A DNA stretch of 64,000 bases from an uncultured Candidatus Saccharibacteria bacterium (GTDB taxonomy: Bacteria > Patescibacteriota > Minisyncoccia > UBA6257 > 1-14-0-10-44-23). The translations under genes were made by a program, and so were the position numbers. Under the pieces are notes generated by a model. That model had not been told where the DNA came from, did not search any database, and saw nothing but the letters and a program-made list of their open reading frames with translations. Numbering within the stretch: the stretch's first letter is position 1; the number at the start of each line of letters is the position of its first letter. The DNA lies in contig CAZJVT010000001.1 in assembly GCA_964549935.1 (NCBI GenBank), positions 283,922 to 347,921 of the forward strand, written 5' to 3'. Positions 44,402-57,164 of this stretch are shown in pieces.

Positions 44402-45142
44402 ATGGGAGCGTTTGAAGTACGACACGAGTATTACAGCGGGCCGATGGAGAAGTTGCTGCAGCTGGTTGAGGAGCGGCATCTTGAGATTTCGCGCGTTAAC
44501 CTCGCAACAGTTACTGCAGATTTTATCGCCTACGTCGAGCAGCTGGGTGAATCGGCAAACTCAGAAACAATTTCGGATTTTATTGTCGTTGCGGCGAGGC
44601 TGCTCGTTATTAAATCGAAAGAGCTGGTTCCGAACTTAGAACTCACCGCGGAAGAGGAGTCGCAGATTTTTGATCTCGAGCACCGGCTGCAGCTGTATCG
44701 TGAATTTAAAAAAGCCGGCGAGGGGCTTAAGCAGCTTTGGAGCAAGCAGCAGCCGCTTATGACGCGCGATTTCTTGAGCGGCGCAAAGAATACATCAGTT
44801 TTTTATCCGTCCAAGCAGGTGACGGCGACGGCGCTTCGCGAGTCGCTGGAGCAACTGCTTAAGATTATGGCCGATCTGGCGCCGGAGTCGCGCACGGTGG
44901 CCGCAGCGGCGATGGTCAGTCTGCAGGAAAAGATGGCCGAGCTTACCGAGCGCCTTACAAAGCAGGCGAGCCTCACATTTAAAGGTACGGCAAGCAAAGC
45001 GCAGAAGCAGGAGGTGATTGTGCTCTTTTTGGCGGTGCTGCATCTGCTTGCGAACCGATTGGCCGTCGTCGACCAGGAGGATCAGTTCGGCGATATTACA
45101 GTTTCGAGTGCTTCGAGTGTGCCGGAGGTACCGCCACAATAA
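44402..45142 (+). CDS. scpA: segregation and condensation protein A
   Basis: Kleisin N-terminal and C-terminal winged helices (LLQLVEERHLEISRVNLATVTADFIAYV...). Confidence 0.8.
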   Translation: MGAFEVRHEYYSGPMEKLLQLVEERHLEISRVNLATVTADFIAYVEQLGESANSETISDFIVVAARLLVIKSKELVPNLELTAEEESQIFDLEHRLQLYREFKKAGEGLKQLWSKQQPLMTRDFLSGAKNTSVFYPSKQVTATALRESLEQLLKIMADLAPESRTVAAAAMVSLQEKMAELTERLTKQASLTFKGTASKAQKQEVIVLFLAVLHLLANRLAVVDQEDQFGDITVSSASSVPEVPPQ

Positions 45143-45171
45143 GGTTTCTGGTATAGTCTATTTACGACATT

Positions 45172-45780
45172 ATGGAAGAAAACACGCAAACCCCTTCGCT
45201 TATTGCTCGACTTGAAGCTCTGCTTTTTGTGTACGGCGAACTGCTTTCTATAAAGAAAGCGGCGGAGGTTTTGGGCGTTAAAAAAGAAGAGATTAGCGAG
45301 GCGGCGAAGCAACTAAGTGATGCGCTTGCTGTTCGCGGGAGCGGACTCACAGTCATGGTGCATGATGATTCATTGCAGCTCGTGACGCGTAGCGAATTCG
45401 CATCATTGCTCCAAACCGTGATTAAGGCCGAGCTCAATGAATCGCTGACGCCAGCCTCACTTGAAACGCTCGCCATTATTACGTATGCTGGGCCGATAGC
45501 TAGGGCAGAGATTGATTATATTCGTGGCGTCAATTCGAGCTATACGCTTCGCGCACTCGCTCTTCGCGGCCTCGTAGACCGTGAAACCGACCCACAGCGC
45601 GCGAATGTGTACTTATATCGGCCGAGCGCAGACCTCGTTCGTCACCTCGGGATTACTAAGCTTGATGAATTGCCGGACTATCAGCGCCTGCGTGGTGTTG
45701 CTGAAAAAATAAAGCAGCCAACCGCCGCACCGGCACCGGAAGCGCCGCAGACACCGGCCGAACCCGCTCCTGCTAATTAA
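45172..45780 (+). CDS. scpB: segregation and condensation protein B
   Basis: Tandem winged-helix domains (LEALLFVYGELLSIKKAAEVLGV..., ...TYAGPIARAEIDYIRGVNSSYTLRALALRGLV), then a Pro/Ala-rich tail. Confidence 0.8.
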   Translation: MEENTQTPSLIARLEALLFVYGELLSIKKAAEVLGVKKEEISEAAKQLSDALAVRGSGLTVMVHDDSLQLVTRSEFASLLQTVIKAELNESLTPASLETLAIITYAGPIARAEIDYIRGVNSSYTLRALALRGLVDRETDPQRANVYLYRPSADLVRHLGITKLDELPDYQRLRGVAEKIKQPTAAPAPEAPQTPAEPAPAN

Positions 45781-45804
45781 TATGCCCGGTGCGACAACTT
45801 TGAT

Positions 45805-46068
45805 ATGCTCTTTTATACTTACGTTCTCGAAAGTATCAAAGATGGTGATAGATATATAGGCTTTACAACAAACATAACGCGTCGAATAAAAGAGCATCAG
45901 AAAGGCAACTCTTTTTCAACGAAATTTCGTCTACCAATGAAATTCCTGTATGCTGAGGTATGCACGAATGAGCAGGATGCTAGGCGACGGGAAGAGTATT
46001 TAAAAACTACCAGAGGCCGAAGATTTCTCGCTAAGCGTCTGAAAGTATATTATCAATCAAAGTTGTAG
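45805..46068 (+). CDS. GIY-YIG nuclease superfamily small protein (second copy)
   Basis: FYTYVLESIKDGDRYIGFTTNITRRIKEHQKG. Confidence 0.8.
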   Translation: MLFYTYVLESIKDGDRYIGFTTNITRRIKEHQKGNSFSTKFRLPMKFLYAEVCTNEQDARRREEYLKTTRGRRFLAKRLKVYYQSKL

Positions 46069-46076
46069 CACCGGGT

Positions 46077-47147
46077 ATGACTGAAGATTACATCAAAAAA
46101 ACATTGTCGGAGATTCAGGGTGCCCTTGGCGGCACTTCGGTTATTTCTTCCGGCCGAAAAATGAGCAAACGTAACAAGTACATAGCCCTTGGCGGCGTTT
46201 TAGTGATAATGATTCTTTTGGTGGTTAACTGGCGCGGCGGTGGTAATAACGTGGCAACGTTGCCCACCTCGACTCCGCCTACGGCCGCGACGGCGAGCGC
46301 ACTTGTTTCCGCCAATGTTCAATTTGATGAAGTGATTCCGGTTGATAAGGGTTTGCCGGATATTCACTTAACTTCAGCGCTGGTGAAAGAACTTGGCGCG
46401 CAGGACCCGCTTTTTGTATATCGTCCGCGAGCGCGTTGGCCGATTGCTTCAATCAGCAAGCTCATGACTGCGGAGCTCTCGATGGATGAGCTGGACCCCG
46501 CGACTATCATTGAGGTTTCGAAGGGCGCGGTTGATACTGATGGTACGGCAGGTGATTTGAAGGTTGGCGGTAAATACACCGTAAATGATTTAGTAAAAGT
46601 GATGCTAACCGTTTCCAGTAATGACGCGGCGGTCGCACTGGCGGAGGCGTATGACCGTAAGCAGCTCGGCGACGCGGCCTTTAGTCAAGCCTTAAATAAG
46701 ACGGCGCTTTTTGTCGAACTTATGCAAAAGAAAGCCAAAGATCTCGGGATGGAGGACACCTACTTCGGTGATCCGAGCGGGCTTTCGATGATCAACCAAT
46801 CGGTTGTTGGCGACTTGGATCTGCTGCTTAATGACTTAGCAAATCGTCATCCGGAGCTGCTTGAAACGACTCGGCAACTTAAGACGCGCATTGTGGAGCG
46901 GACCAGAATGGCCGCCTCAACTTTTGCAAATATTAACCAGTACGCGGGACAAAAAGATTTTCTCGGCGGCAAAACCGGATTCACCGATGAAGCGGGGCAG
47001 AACCTGATTTCGCTTTTCAATTATAATGGTAAAAAATACGAGATTACCGTGCTTGGCAGCGAGGATCGTTTTGGCGATACGACCAAGCTGTATGATTGGT
47101 TAAAAGGCACGCTTCCAAAACCCGTGGCTGTACCGGTTAAAAAATAA
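46077..47147 (+). CDS. dacA: D-alanyl-D-alanine carboxypeptidase (S11, PBP5/6-like)
   Basis: SISKLMT (SxxK), SSND (SxN), KTGFT (KTG); N-terminal TM anchor. Confidence 0.8.
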   Translation: MTEDYIKKTLSEIQGALGGTSVISSGRKMSKRNKYIALGGVLVIMILLVVNWRGGGNNVATLPTSTPPTAATASALVSANVQFDEVIPVDKGLPDIHLTSALVKELGAQDPLFVYRPRARWPIASISKLMTAELSMDELDPATIIEVSKGAVDTDGTAGDLKVGGKYTVNDLVKVMLTVSSNDAAVALAEAYDRKQLGDAAFSQALNKTALFVELMQKKAKDLGMEDTYFGDPSGLSMINQSVVGDLDLLLNDLANRHPELLETTRQLKTRIVERTRMAASTFANINQYAGQKDFLGGKTGFTDEAGQNLISLFNYNGKKYEITVLGSEDRFGDTTKLYDWLKGTLPKPVAVPVKK

Positions 47148-47148
47148 T

Positions 47149-48201
47149 ATGGTCTCTACTATTATCTTTGAGGCAGTTAGGGTTATCGGTTTAACGATGC
47201 TGGCATTTGTGCTCGCGATGGGCATCACACCGTTTGTGATTAAAATCATCGACAAATACGGTATCAAAAAGCAGATCCGCGATTCAAACCAGGCCCCAGT
47301 TTTTGCCGCGCTACACAAGAACAAAGCAGGGACGCCGAATATGGGTGGCATTATCATCTGGGGAACTGTTTTGAGTCTGGCTCTCATCGTGTGGATTCTC
47401 TCGCTCTGTTTCGAAGGATTTTTCGGTTATCTTAACTTCGTAGATCGCGCGCAGACCTACTTGCCGCTATTTGCGATGTTTATCGCTGCGATAGTCGGAC
47501 TCTTAGACGACGTGCTCAATGCCCGTCGTATCGGTCCGCGCGGGGGAGGGCTGCCAATGAAGTATCGTCTTATCGGACACATTGTCCTTGCCTTTCTCGG
47601 CGCTCTTTGGTTCTACTACAAGCTCAACTGGAACGTGCTTTCAGTCCCGCTGGTCGGGACATTCACTATTGGCTGGTGGTACATTCCGATTTTCGTTTTC
47701 GTTATCGTCGCGAGCGCCTTTTCGGCTAACGAGACCGATGGCCTGGACGGACTCGCCGGCGGCGTTATGTTGTTTGCTTACGGTGCGCTTACTGTCGTTG
47801 CTTTCGCGCTCGGTCGCTTCGACCTGGCGACTCTAGGCGGCGTCGTTATCGGCGCGCTACTCGCATTTTTGTGGTTTAACGTTTACCCGGCGCGCTTTTT
47901 TATGGGAGATAACGGCAGCATGTCGCTTGGCATCACTATTGGCGTCATCGCGATGTTAACAAATACCACGCTGCTGCTGCCGCTCTTTGTGCCGATTTTC
48001 GTCATCGAATCAGCTTCAGTTATCATTCAGCTGTTTAGCAAAAAATTCCGCGGCAAAAAAGTATTTTTGTCCGCACCGATTCACCATCACTTCGAAGCAC
48101 TCGGGTGGCACGAAACAAAAGTGACGATGCGTTTCTGGATTATTTCGATCATTGGTGTCGCGCTTGGGCTGGCGATTTTCTTCTTAAACCGCTTCTTGTA
48201 A
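47149..48201 (+). CDS. mraY: phospho-N-acetylmuramoyl-pentapeptide transferase
   Basis: DDVLN, NETDGLDGLAGG, YPARFFMGDNGSMSLG; 10 TM helices. Confidence 0.9.
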   Translation: MVSTIIFEAVRVIGLTMLAFVLAMGITPFVIKIIDKYGIKKQIRDSNQAPVFAALHKNKAGTPNMGGIIIWGTVLSLALIVWILSLCFEGFFGYLNFVDRAQTYLPLFAMFIAAIVGLLDDVLNARRIGPRGGGLPMKYRLIGHIVLAFLGALWFYYKLNWNVLSVPLVGTFTIGWWYIPIFVFVIVASAFSANETDGLDGLAGGVMLFAYGALTVVAFALGRFDLATLGGVVIGALLAFLWFNVYPARFFMGDNGSMSLGITIGVIAMLTNTTLLLPLFVPIFVIESASVIIQLFSKKFRGKKVFLSAPIHHHFEALGWHETKVTMRFWIISIIGVALGLAIFFLNRFL

Positions 48202-48222
48202 TAGTGCGGTATCATAGAAGGT

Positions 48223-49005
48223 ATGAATCGGGTTACGAAGCAGATTAGTTACGGAGCCTTCTATGCCTGCGTTTTAGCCGCCATTATCTACGGCGGCGTT
48301 GGCGTTGCAACGCGCAAGGTGCCGACGTGTGTCGACAATACCAAAAACCAGGATGAGACCGAAGTTGACTGTGGTGGCGCTAACTGTGTTTCTTGCGTTA
48401 TTAAACACCTGGCGCCGGTGGCCGTGCTGCCCGTAAAGATTTTAGACGGAACCGACGCGAAGCACGCGACTGCGCTCATTGAACTTCGTAACCCAAACAT
48501 CAATTACGGAACTCCGCTCTTTTCGTATCGCTTGAATATCTTTACGACCAGTACTTCGCAGGCTGCTTATGCAGAGCAGGTGACGCTCCCAATGTATCCT
48601 GCTGAAGTTAAGTATCGGGTTACGGTCAATATTCCATTTGCGCCGGGCGCAGTTACTCGCGCTGAAGCTGTTTCAAACGGCGAGGTCTTTGATTGGCGAC
48701 CGAATGAGGAGTTTGCAAAACCAAAGCTGCCGATGCGTGAAATTAAAACAGTCGTTAATGGGAATCGCATCATGATTACCGGAAATGTGAAAAACGACAA
48801 TCCGTTTTTTCTCCGTCACGTAACCGTCAATGTATTCTTTGACAACAAGGACGGGAGTATAGCCTCTGTTTCTAAGACGGTCATAAATGATATGTACTCC
48901 TCCGAAGAGCGCGGATTCCAAGTTGTCGCCCCACTTCCGGCAGCGTTTATCGGCCAGCCGCTTCCGGCGCCACGCGTTATCGTAGACGCCGAGCGACAGC
49001 TTTAA
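48223..49005 (+). CDS. membrane-anchored extracytoplasmic hypothetical protein
   Basis: N-terminal TM helix; the Cys cluster CVDNTKNQDETEVDCGGANCVSC; a beta-rich domain. Confidence 0.5.
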   Translation: MNRVTKQISYGAFYACVLAAIIYGGVGVATRKVPTCVDNTKNQDETEVDCGGANCVSCVIKHLAPVAVLPVKILDGTDAKHATALIELRNPNINYGTPLFSYRLNIFTTSTSQAAYAEQVTLPMYPAEVKYRVTVNIPFAPGAVTRAEAVSNGEVFDWRPNEEFAKPKLPMREIKTVVNGNRIMITGNVKNDNPFFLRHVTVNVFFDNKDGSIASVSKTVINDMYSSEERGFQVVAPLPAAFIGQPLPAPRVIVDAERQL

Positions 49006-49010
49006 AATAT

Positions 49011-49274
49011 ATGCAAGAAAAACTTTGGTTTAAGGCGAAGCGATATGGTTGGGGATGGACGCCGGTAACCTGGCAGGGGTGGGTGAGTATTCTTGTTTTT
49101 GTCGTTTTAACTTTTTGGATTTACTATCCGTTTGATCAGGAAATTCTTTCTGTAAGCGATATTACTGTGAGATTTCTTCTGCCCGAGGCCGTACTTGTTG
49201 GGCTACTCATTTGGCTTTGCTACAAAAAAGGCGAGAAGCCGGGGTGGCGCTGGGGAGATAAGGCAAAAAGTTAA
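49011..49274 (+). CDS. small membrane protein (2 TM)
   Basis: A Trp-rich hydrophobic 87-aa ORF. Confidence 0.4.
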   Translation: MQEKLWFKAKRYGWGWTPVTWQGWVSILVFVVLTFWIYYPFDQEILSVSDITVRFLLPEAVLVGLLIWLCYKKGEKPGWRWGDKAKS

Positions 49275-49314
49275 TTAGTTACTTTGTTAGTTCGTTAGTT
49301 GGCGAATACAAAAT

Positions 49315-49581
49315 ATGGAAATCACGCCGGGAGTTTACAAGCATTTCAAAGGTACTGTCTATAAAGTACTTGGCGTTGCGCTGAATACCGAAGATGAGTC
49401 GAAGATGGTTGTGTATCAGGGGTTGTATCACACTGAAGATCTTGGGCCACATCCATATTTTGTGCGCCCGGCTGGGATGTTTTTGGAAGCAGTTAATCGC
49501 GATGATTACAGCGGTCCGCGCTTTAGCAAGCTGCAGGAGGGCGGTCCGTACATCTGCAAGGATTGCGGAGCCAGTCTTTAG
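49315..49581 (+). CDS. DUF1653 domain protein
   Basis: GVYKHFKGTVYKVLGVALNTEDESKMVVYQGLY...YFVRPAGMF matches the DUF1653 consensus as recalled. Confidence 0.7.
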   Translation: MEITPGVYKHFKGTVYKVLGVALNTEDESKMVVYQGLYHTEDLGPHPYFVRPAGMFLEAVNRDDYSGPRFSKLQEGGPYICKDCGASL

Positions 49582-49607
49582 CGGGTAGGATAAAGGCACC
49601 CGAAAGT

Positions 49608-50696
49608 ATGTCAGATTTTTTTACGCTTTTTAAACGACAAGATTGGTGGCTTAACGGAGCCATTTTAGGCTTGATTGCCTCGAGCCTCGTTATGCTTTTG
49701 AGTATCTCGCGGGCCCTCTTTTTTCAGCAGCTGGCCTGGGCGGTCATCGCGGCGTTTGTTATTTTTATCTTTGCGCACATTGATTGGCGCGGGCTCACGG
49801 CGTATCGCTGGATTATCGTCGGTATTTATCTAAGTAGCATCGCGCTTTTAATCGCCACCTACTTTTTTGCTCCGGTAATTCGCAATACCCGCGCCTGGCT
49901 CGTCATTGGTCCGGCACAGTTTCAGGTTTCGGAGTTCGTAAAAATCGCGCTGATTATTTTCTTCGCTTACTTTTTTAGTAAGCGTCACGTCGGTATCGCG
50001 CGCATTTCAAACATCTTCCGCCCGTTCATCTACTTCCTGATTCCGGCGATTTTTATCTTCCTCCAGCCAGACATGGGTACAGTCATTATCTTGTTTTGTA
50101 TCTGGGCGGGATTTTTGCTCGTCTCCGGGCTGCCGTGGAAGCACATCGTCATTGGCTTTTTAATTGTTGTCATTGGTGTCACGGCCAGTTGGTTTACGGT
50201 TTTAAAGCCTTACCAGAAGCAGCGCGTCGTGGGTTTGTTTGATCCAAGCTACGACCCGCTTGGTGTTAACTATCAGACAATTCAAAGCAAGATTGCCGTC
50301 GGCTCCGGCGGGTGGTTTGGCAAGGGCTTTGGCCAGGGGACGCAGGTGCAGCTCGGCTTTTTACCGGAGGCGGGTACGGACTATATCTTTGCTTCCATTA
50401 CAGAGGAGTGGGGACTGGTTGGCGGAACGCTCACACTGCTGATGCTCGGGCTGGCGCTGTTTCGCATTATCCGCATCGGCTTTTTCGCAGAGGGAAACTT
50501 CTACCGATTTATTTGTCTTGGTGCGACGGTGATGTTTCTAGTCCAGGTGATGATTAACGTCGGTACAGCGCTCGGCATCTTCCCGGTTATCGGTATTACG
50601 TTTCCATTCTTAAGTTACGGTGGTAGCAGCTTGCTCATCAATGCTATGCTCATAGGAATAGTGCAGAGCGGAGCGGTATATCGGTCGCTGTCGTAA
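49608..50696 (+). CDS. SEDS-family peptidoglycan polymerase (RodA/FtsW)
   Basis: 10 TM helices with the conserved QPDMGT and GxGxxQ..LPEAGTDYIFA motifs. The ATG at 49608 is preferred over the overlapping track start at 49563. Confidence 0.85.
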   Translation: MSDFFTLFKRQDWWLNGAILGLIASSLVMLLSISRALFFQQLAWAVIAAFVIFIFAHIDWRGLTAYRWIIVGIYLSSIALLIATYFFAPVIRNTRAWLVIGPAQFQVSEFVKIALIIFFAYFFSKRHVGIARISNIFRPFIYFLIPAIFIFLQPDMGTVIILFCIWAGFLLVSGLPWKHIVIGFLIVVIGVTASWFTVLKPYQKQRVVGLFDPSYDPLGVNYQTIQSKIAVGSGGWFGKGFGQGTQVQLGFLPEAGTDYIFASITEEWGLVGGTLTLLMLGLALFRIIRIGFFAEGNFYRFICLGATVMFLVQVMINVGTALGIFPVIGITFPFLSYGGSSLLINAMLIGIVQSGAVYRSLS

Positions 50697-50725
50697 CCTA
50701 TAACGTGTAACTTGTAACGTAAAAC

Positions 50726-52501
50726 ATGGGACCGGAAACAAAAAATTGTCAGAATTGCGAGAATCAATTTACGGTTGAGTCGGAGGATTTTAGTTTTTAC
50801 GAAAAAATGAAGGTTCCGGCTCCGACGTTTTGTCCTGATTGTCGGTTGCAGCGGCGAATGACCTGGCGGAACGAGCGCTCATTTCATAAAGGTAAATGTG
50901 CCGCTACCGGAAAGGACTTTTTGACCGCCTTTGCGCCGGAGGCGGGCATGACTGTTTACGAGCGCGATTATTGGTGGAGCGATAAGTGGGATCAGCTGGT
51001 TACCGGTCGCGACTATGACTTCAACCGGCCATTTTTCGTGCAGTTTGCGGAGTTGATGAAGAAAGCGCCGCTGCCAAATTTGATGAATTCAAATTGTGTG
51101 AATAGTGAGTACGGTAATCACAGTTTGAATTGCAAGAATTGTTATTTGTTCCATGCATCGGCTGATAGTGAAAACTGTGCATACGCTACTGGCGCTGTCA
51201 ATTCAAAAGATTCTTTAGATCTCTATAAAGCATTCAAGGCCACAGAGTGTTATCAGGACACTCTTTCGGTCGACATAAATAGAGTTCATTTTTCTTTTGC
51301 AGCACTGCAGAGCATTCAGTCAGAATTCCTATATTCTTGTACGAATGTACAAAATTCGTTTGGATGTGTTAATTTACGCAATCGTTCGTATTGTTTGTGG
51401 AATCAAGAGCTCGATAAAGAGTCGTATGGAAAAAAGCGCGCAGAATACGATCTTGGCAGCTGGCAACAGCTGCAAAAGATTCAGAAAGAATTTGATGAAT
51501 TTACGCTCAGGTTTCCGCGAAAATACGGCGGAGGAATAAAATCGGAGAATGTGACCGGGGCGGGTATTTTGAATTCAAAGAACTGCAGAAATGTTTTTGA
51601 TGTGTTTGGGGGGCTTGAGGATTGTAAATATATCTGTCACGCCTTTTCTCTCAAGGATTCGTACGATTGTTATGGTGCAGGACGCGCGTCTCAGCTTCTT
51701 TACGAAGCTATCGATACAGGCGCGGAGGCTAATCGCATTTTTGCGGCCATTTTTACGCACAGCTGCCAGGACACAAGCTATACATATGCCTGTCATGGGT
51801 CCAAGGATCTCTTTGGCTGCGTTGGTTTGCGTAGCAAGCGCTACTGCATCTTCAATAAACAGTATACGAAGGAGGAGTATGAAACGCTGCTGCCAAAAAT
51901 TAAAAAACAAATGGAGGAGATGCCCTATGTTGATTCAAAAGGGCGGGTATATAAGTACGGAGAGTTCTTTCCGGTTGAGCTTTCGCCGTTTGCTTATAAT
52001 GAAACGATTGCCCAGGAGTACGCACCGTTAACAAAGTCGGCTACGACCGCGAGCGGTTACGCGTGGCGTGATCCGGAGATAAAACATCATGCAGTAACAA
52101 TAAAATCAGCTGATTTGCCGGACCACATCAAGGATGTTCCGGATTCTATTTTGAAGGACATCATCGAGTGTGCGCACAAAGGGGAGTGCAATCAACAGTG
52201 CTCGGGCGCGTTTAAAATCATTCCTTCAGAGTTGCAATTTCTGAAGCACTTCAATATTGCATTGCCGCGGTTGTGTCCAAATTGTCGACACTACGAACGA
52301 CTTACCCAGAGAACGCCTTTCAAATTATGGAAACGTTCTTGTCAGTGCGAAGGAGTGGTATCAACAAATGGGACCTACCAGAATATTGCGAAGCACGCGC
52401 ATGCAGATGCGCCGTGCCGAGTTAGTTTCGAAACTTCGTATTCGCCAGAAGGCAAGGAGATTGTTTATTGTGAATCCTGTTATCAGGCGGAGGTGGCGTA
52501 A
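50726..52501 (+). CDS. Cys-rich hypothetical protein (591 aa) with zinc-ribbon-like modules at both termini
   Basis: N-terminus CQNCENQF-x21-CPDCR and C-terminus CNQQCSGAF-x21-CPNCR with identical spacing. Internal recurring motifs of the type S-x-(N/G)-C-x-N and R-x-(R/Y)-C. It sits inside the cell-wall gene block and is flanked by 19-bp direct repeats. Confidence 0.6.
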   Translation: MGPETKNCQNCENQFTVESEDFSFYEKMKVPAPTFCPDCRLQRRMTWRNERSFHKGKCAATGKDFLTAFAPEAGMTVYERDYWWSDKWDQLVTGRDYDFNRPFFVQFAELMKKAPLPNLMNSNCVNSEYGNHSLNCKNCYLFHASADSENCAYATGAVNSKDSLDLYKAFKATECYQDTLSVDINRVHFSFAALQSIQSEFLYSCTNVQNSFGCVNLRNRSYCLWNQELDKESYGKKRAEYDLGSWQQLQKIQKEFDEFTLRFPRKYGGGIKSENVTGAGILNSKNCRNVFDVFGGLEDCKYICHAFSLKDSYDCYGAGRASQLLYEAIDTGAEANRIFAAIFTHSCQDTSYTYACHGSKDLFGCVGLRSKRYCIFNKQYTKEEYETLLPKIKKQMEEMPYVDSKGRVYKYGEFFPVELSPFAYNETIAQEYAPLTKSATTASGYAWRDPEIKHHAVTIKSADLPDHIKDVPDSILKDIIECAHKGECNQQCSGAFKIIPSELQFLKHFNIALPRLCPNCRHYERLTQRTPFKLWKRSCQCEGVVSTNGTYQNIAKHAHADAPCRVSFETSYSPEGKEIVYCESCYQAEVA

Positions 52502-52603
52502 AGGCTTGGCACGTTTGGCGTGTAACTTGTAACGTAATGCGAGAGAAGGTAAACTGATTAGCATTACTACGTTATACGTTACACGCTTTACGTTCTACGA
52601 CCC

Positions 52604-53626
52604 ATGGCTATATCCCGATCGTTCAAGTTTGTTATTGGCTTTGCAGCTCTGTTTATCGTCGCGTGCCTGTGGGCAGCGTATTTTTTTTATAACTTGTCGC
52701 CCGTAAGTGGCGGCGAGGGAGTTGTGGCAGCGCCGACGAGCACCGTACCGCTGATCATTGAAAGGGGTACCGGGTTTAGGACTGTGGCCAAGGAGCTCGC
52801 TACAGCTGGGCTGATTCGCTCGGAGACTGATTTTAAGTTCTACGCGATACTTTCTGGTAGCGCGCATCAGTTTAAGCCGGGATTGTACTCATTTAGCGCG
52901 GCTTCGAGCAGCATCCAAATCATTCACGCGCTCGTAAAGGGTCCGGATAAGGAGATTACGGTATTAATCCCGGAGGGACAGACGCTGACGCAAATCGACG
53001 AGATACTTTCCAAGTTTGGCGTCATTAAAAAGGGTAGTCTCGTTGCACTTTCTCCGGTTGATTTTGTCGCCAAGTATCCGTTTTTAAAAAATGCGCATTC
53101 GTTTGAAGGATTTTTCTTCCCGGACACCTACCGATTTTACTTCGGCTCACTCGCGCCGGATGTAGCCGCGACGATGCTGGACAATTTTGTCGCAAAAGTC
53201 ACGCCGCTTGTCAGCGACGAGGGGACTGCCAACTTTGATCAGATTCCGGTTTTACGTCGCGGGATTTTTGATATGCATCAAATAGCAACTGTCGCCTCAA
53301 TCATCGAGGATGAGGTCCCGGGTTCGGCGGACAGGAAAGTAGTTTCTGACATTTTGTATCGTCGGCTAAAAATGGGCATGGCACTGCAGATTGATGCGAC
53401 GGTAGCGTATGCAAAAGCCATGCGCGATGAGCGGTACGACACTTACAAGAATGCCGGACTGCCGCCGGGTCCGATTGATAGTGCCGGACTGGATGCAATT
53501 GACGCGGCGCTTAACCCAAAGGCCTCGCCGTATCTCTACTACCTCTCGGATCCGAAGACAAAAAAGACTATATTTTCCAAGACTTTTGATGAGCACAAGG
53601 CCAATGTTATTAAGTACTTGCCGTAG
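52604..53626 (+). CDS. mltG: endolytic murein transglycosylase MltG (YceG family)
   Basis: N-terminal TM; the YceG-like domain (...GLYSF..., FFFPDTYRFY, ...LQIDATVAY...GLPPGPI). Confidence 0.85.
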   Translation: MAISRSFKFVIGFAALFIVACLWAAYFFYNLSPVSGGEGVVAAPTSTVPLIIERGTGFRTVAKELATAGLIRSETDFKFYAILSGSAHQFKPGLYSFSAASSSIQIIHALVKGPDKEITVLIPEGQTLTQIDEILSKFGVIKKGSLVALSPVDFVAKYPFLKNAHSFEGFFFPDTYRFYFGSLAPDVAATMLDNFVAKVTPLVSDEGTANFDQIPVLRRGIFDMHQIATVASIIEDEVPGSADRKVVSDILYRRLKMGMALQIDATVAYAKAMRDERYDTYKNAGLPPGPIDSAGLDAIDAALNPKASPYLYYLSDPKTKKTIFSKTFDEHKANVIKYLP

Positions 53627-53688
53627 ATGGTTTGTGGTATAATGGCTGGGTCAACCACCTGTATTTAATGGTCACGCAGGAGGGGGTT

Positions 53689-53717
53689 GACGATTTTTCG
53701 ACTTTCGGCTAGAATAC
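53689..53717 (+). promoter_or_regulatory. rpoB promoter TTGACG-17-TAGAAT (a second extended -10, TGGTATAAT, lies at 53633-53643)
   Basis: Near-consensus hexamers about 195 nt upstream of the rpoB ATG. The leader contains a GC-clamp hairpin (GCGCGGGCC...CGCGC) with a T8 run at about 53806-53838. Confidence 0.5.
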
Positions 53718-53909
53718 ATCAAATGCAATTGCTAACAGCTCAAATGGCCATTTTGGGTTGTCCCATTATTTTCAATAATGCATAACTAACTTCACCCGAC
53801 ACCACGCGCGGGCCTTTTGTTTTTTTTCGCGCACTGGAGTCGCTGCAATCGCAGTAGTCATATAGAAGCCGTCTCGTATCAGTTTTCATTACTTATTTAA
53901 TTAACATCT

Positions 53910-57137
<3,228 letters not shown>

Positions 57138-57164
57138 TATCCTTAACTTCTAACTACTACTCAT

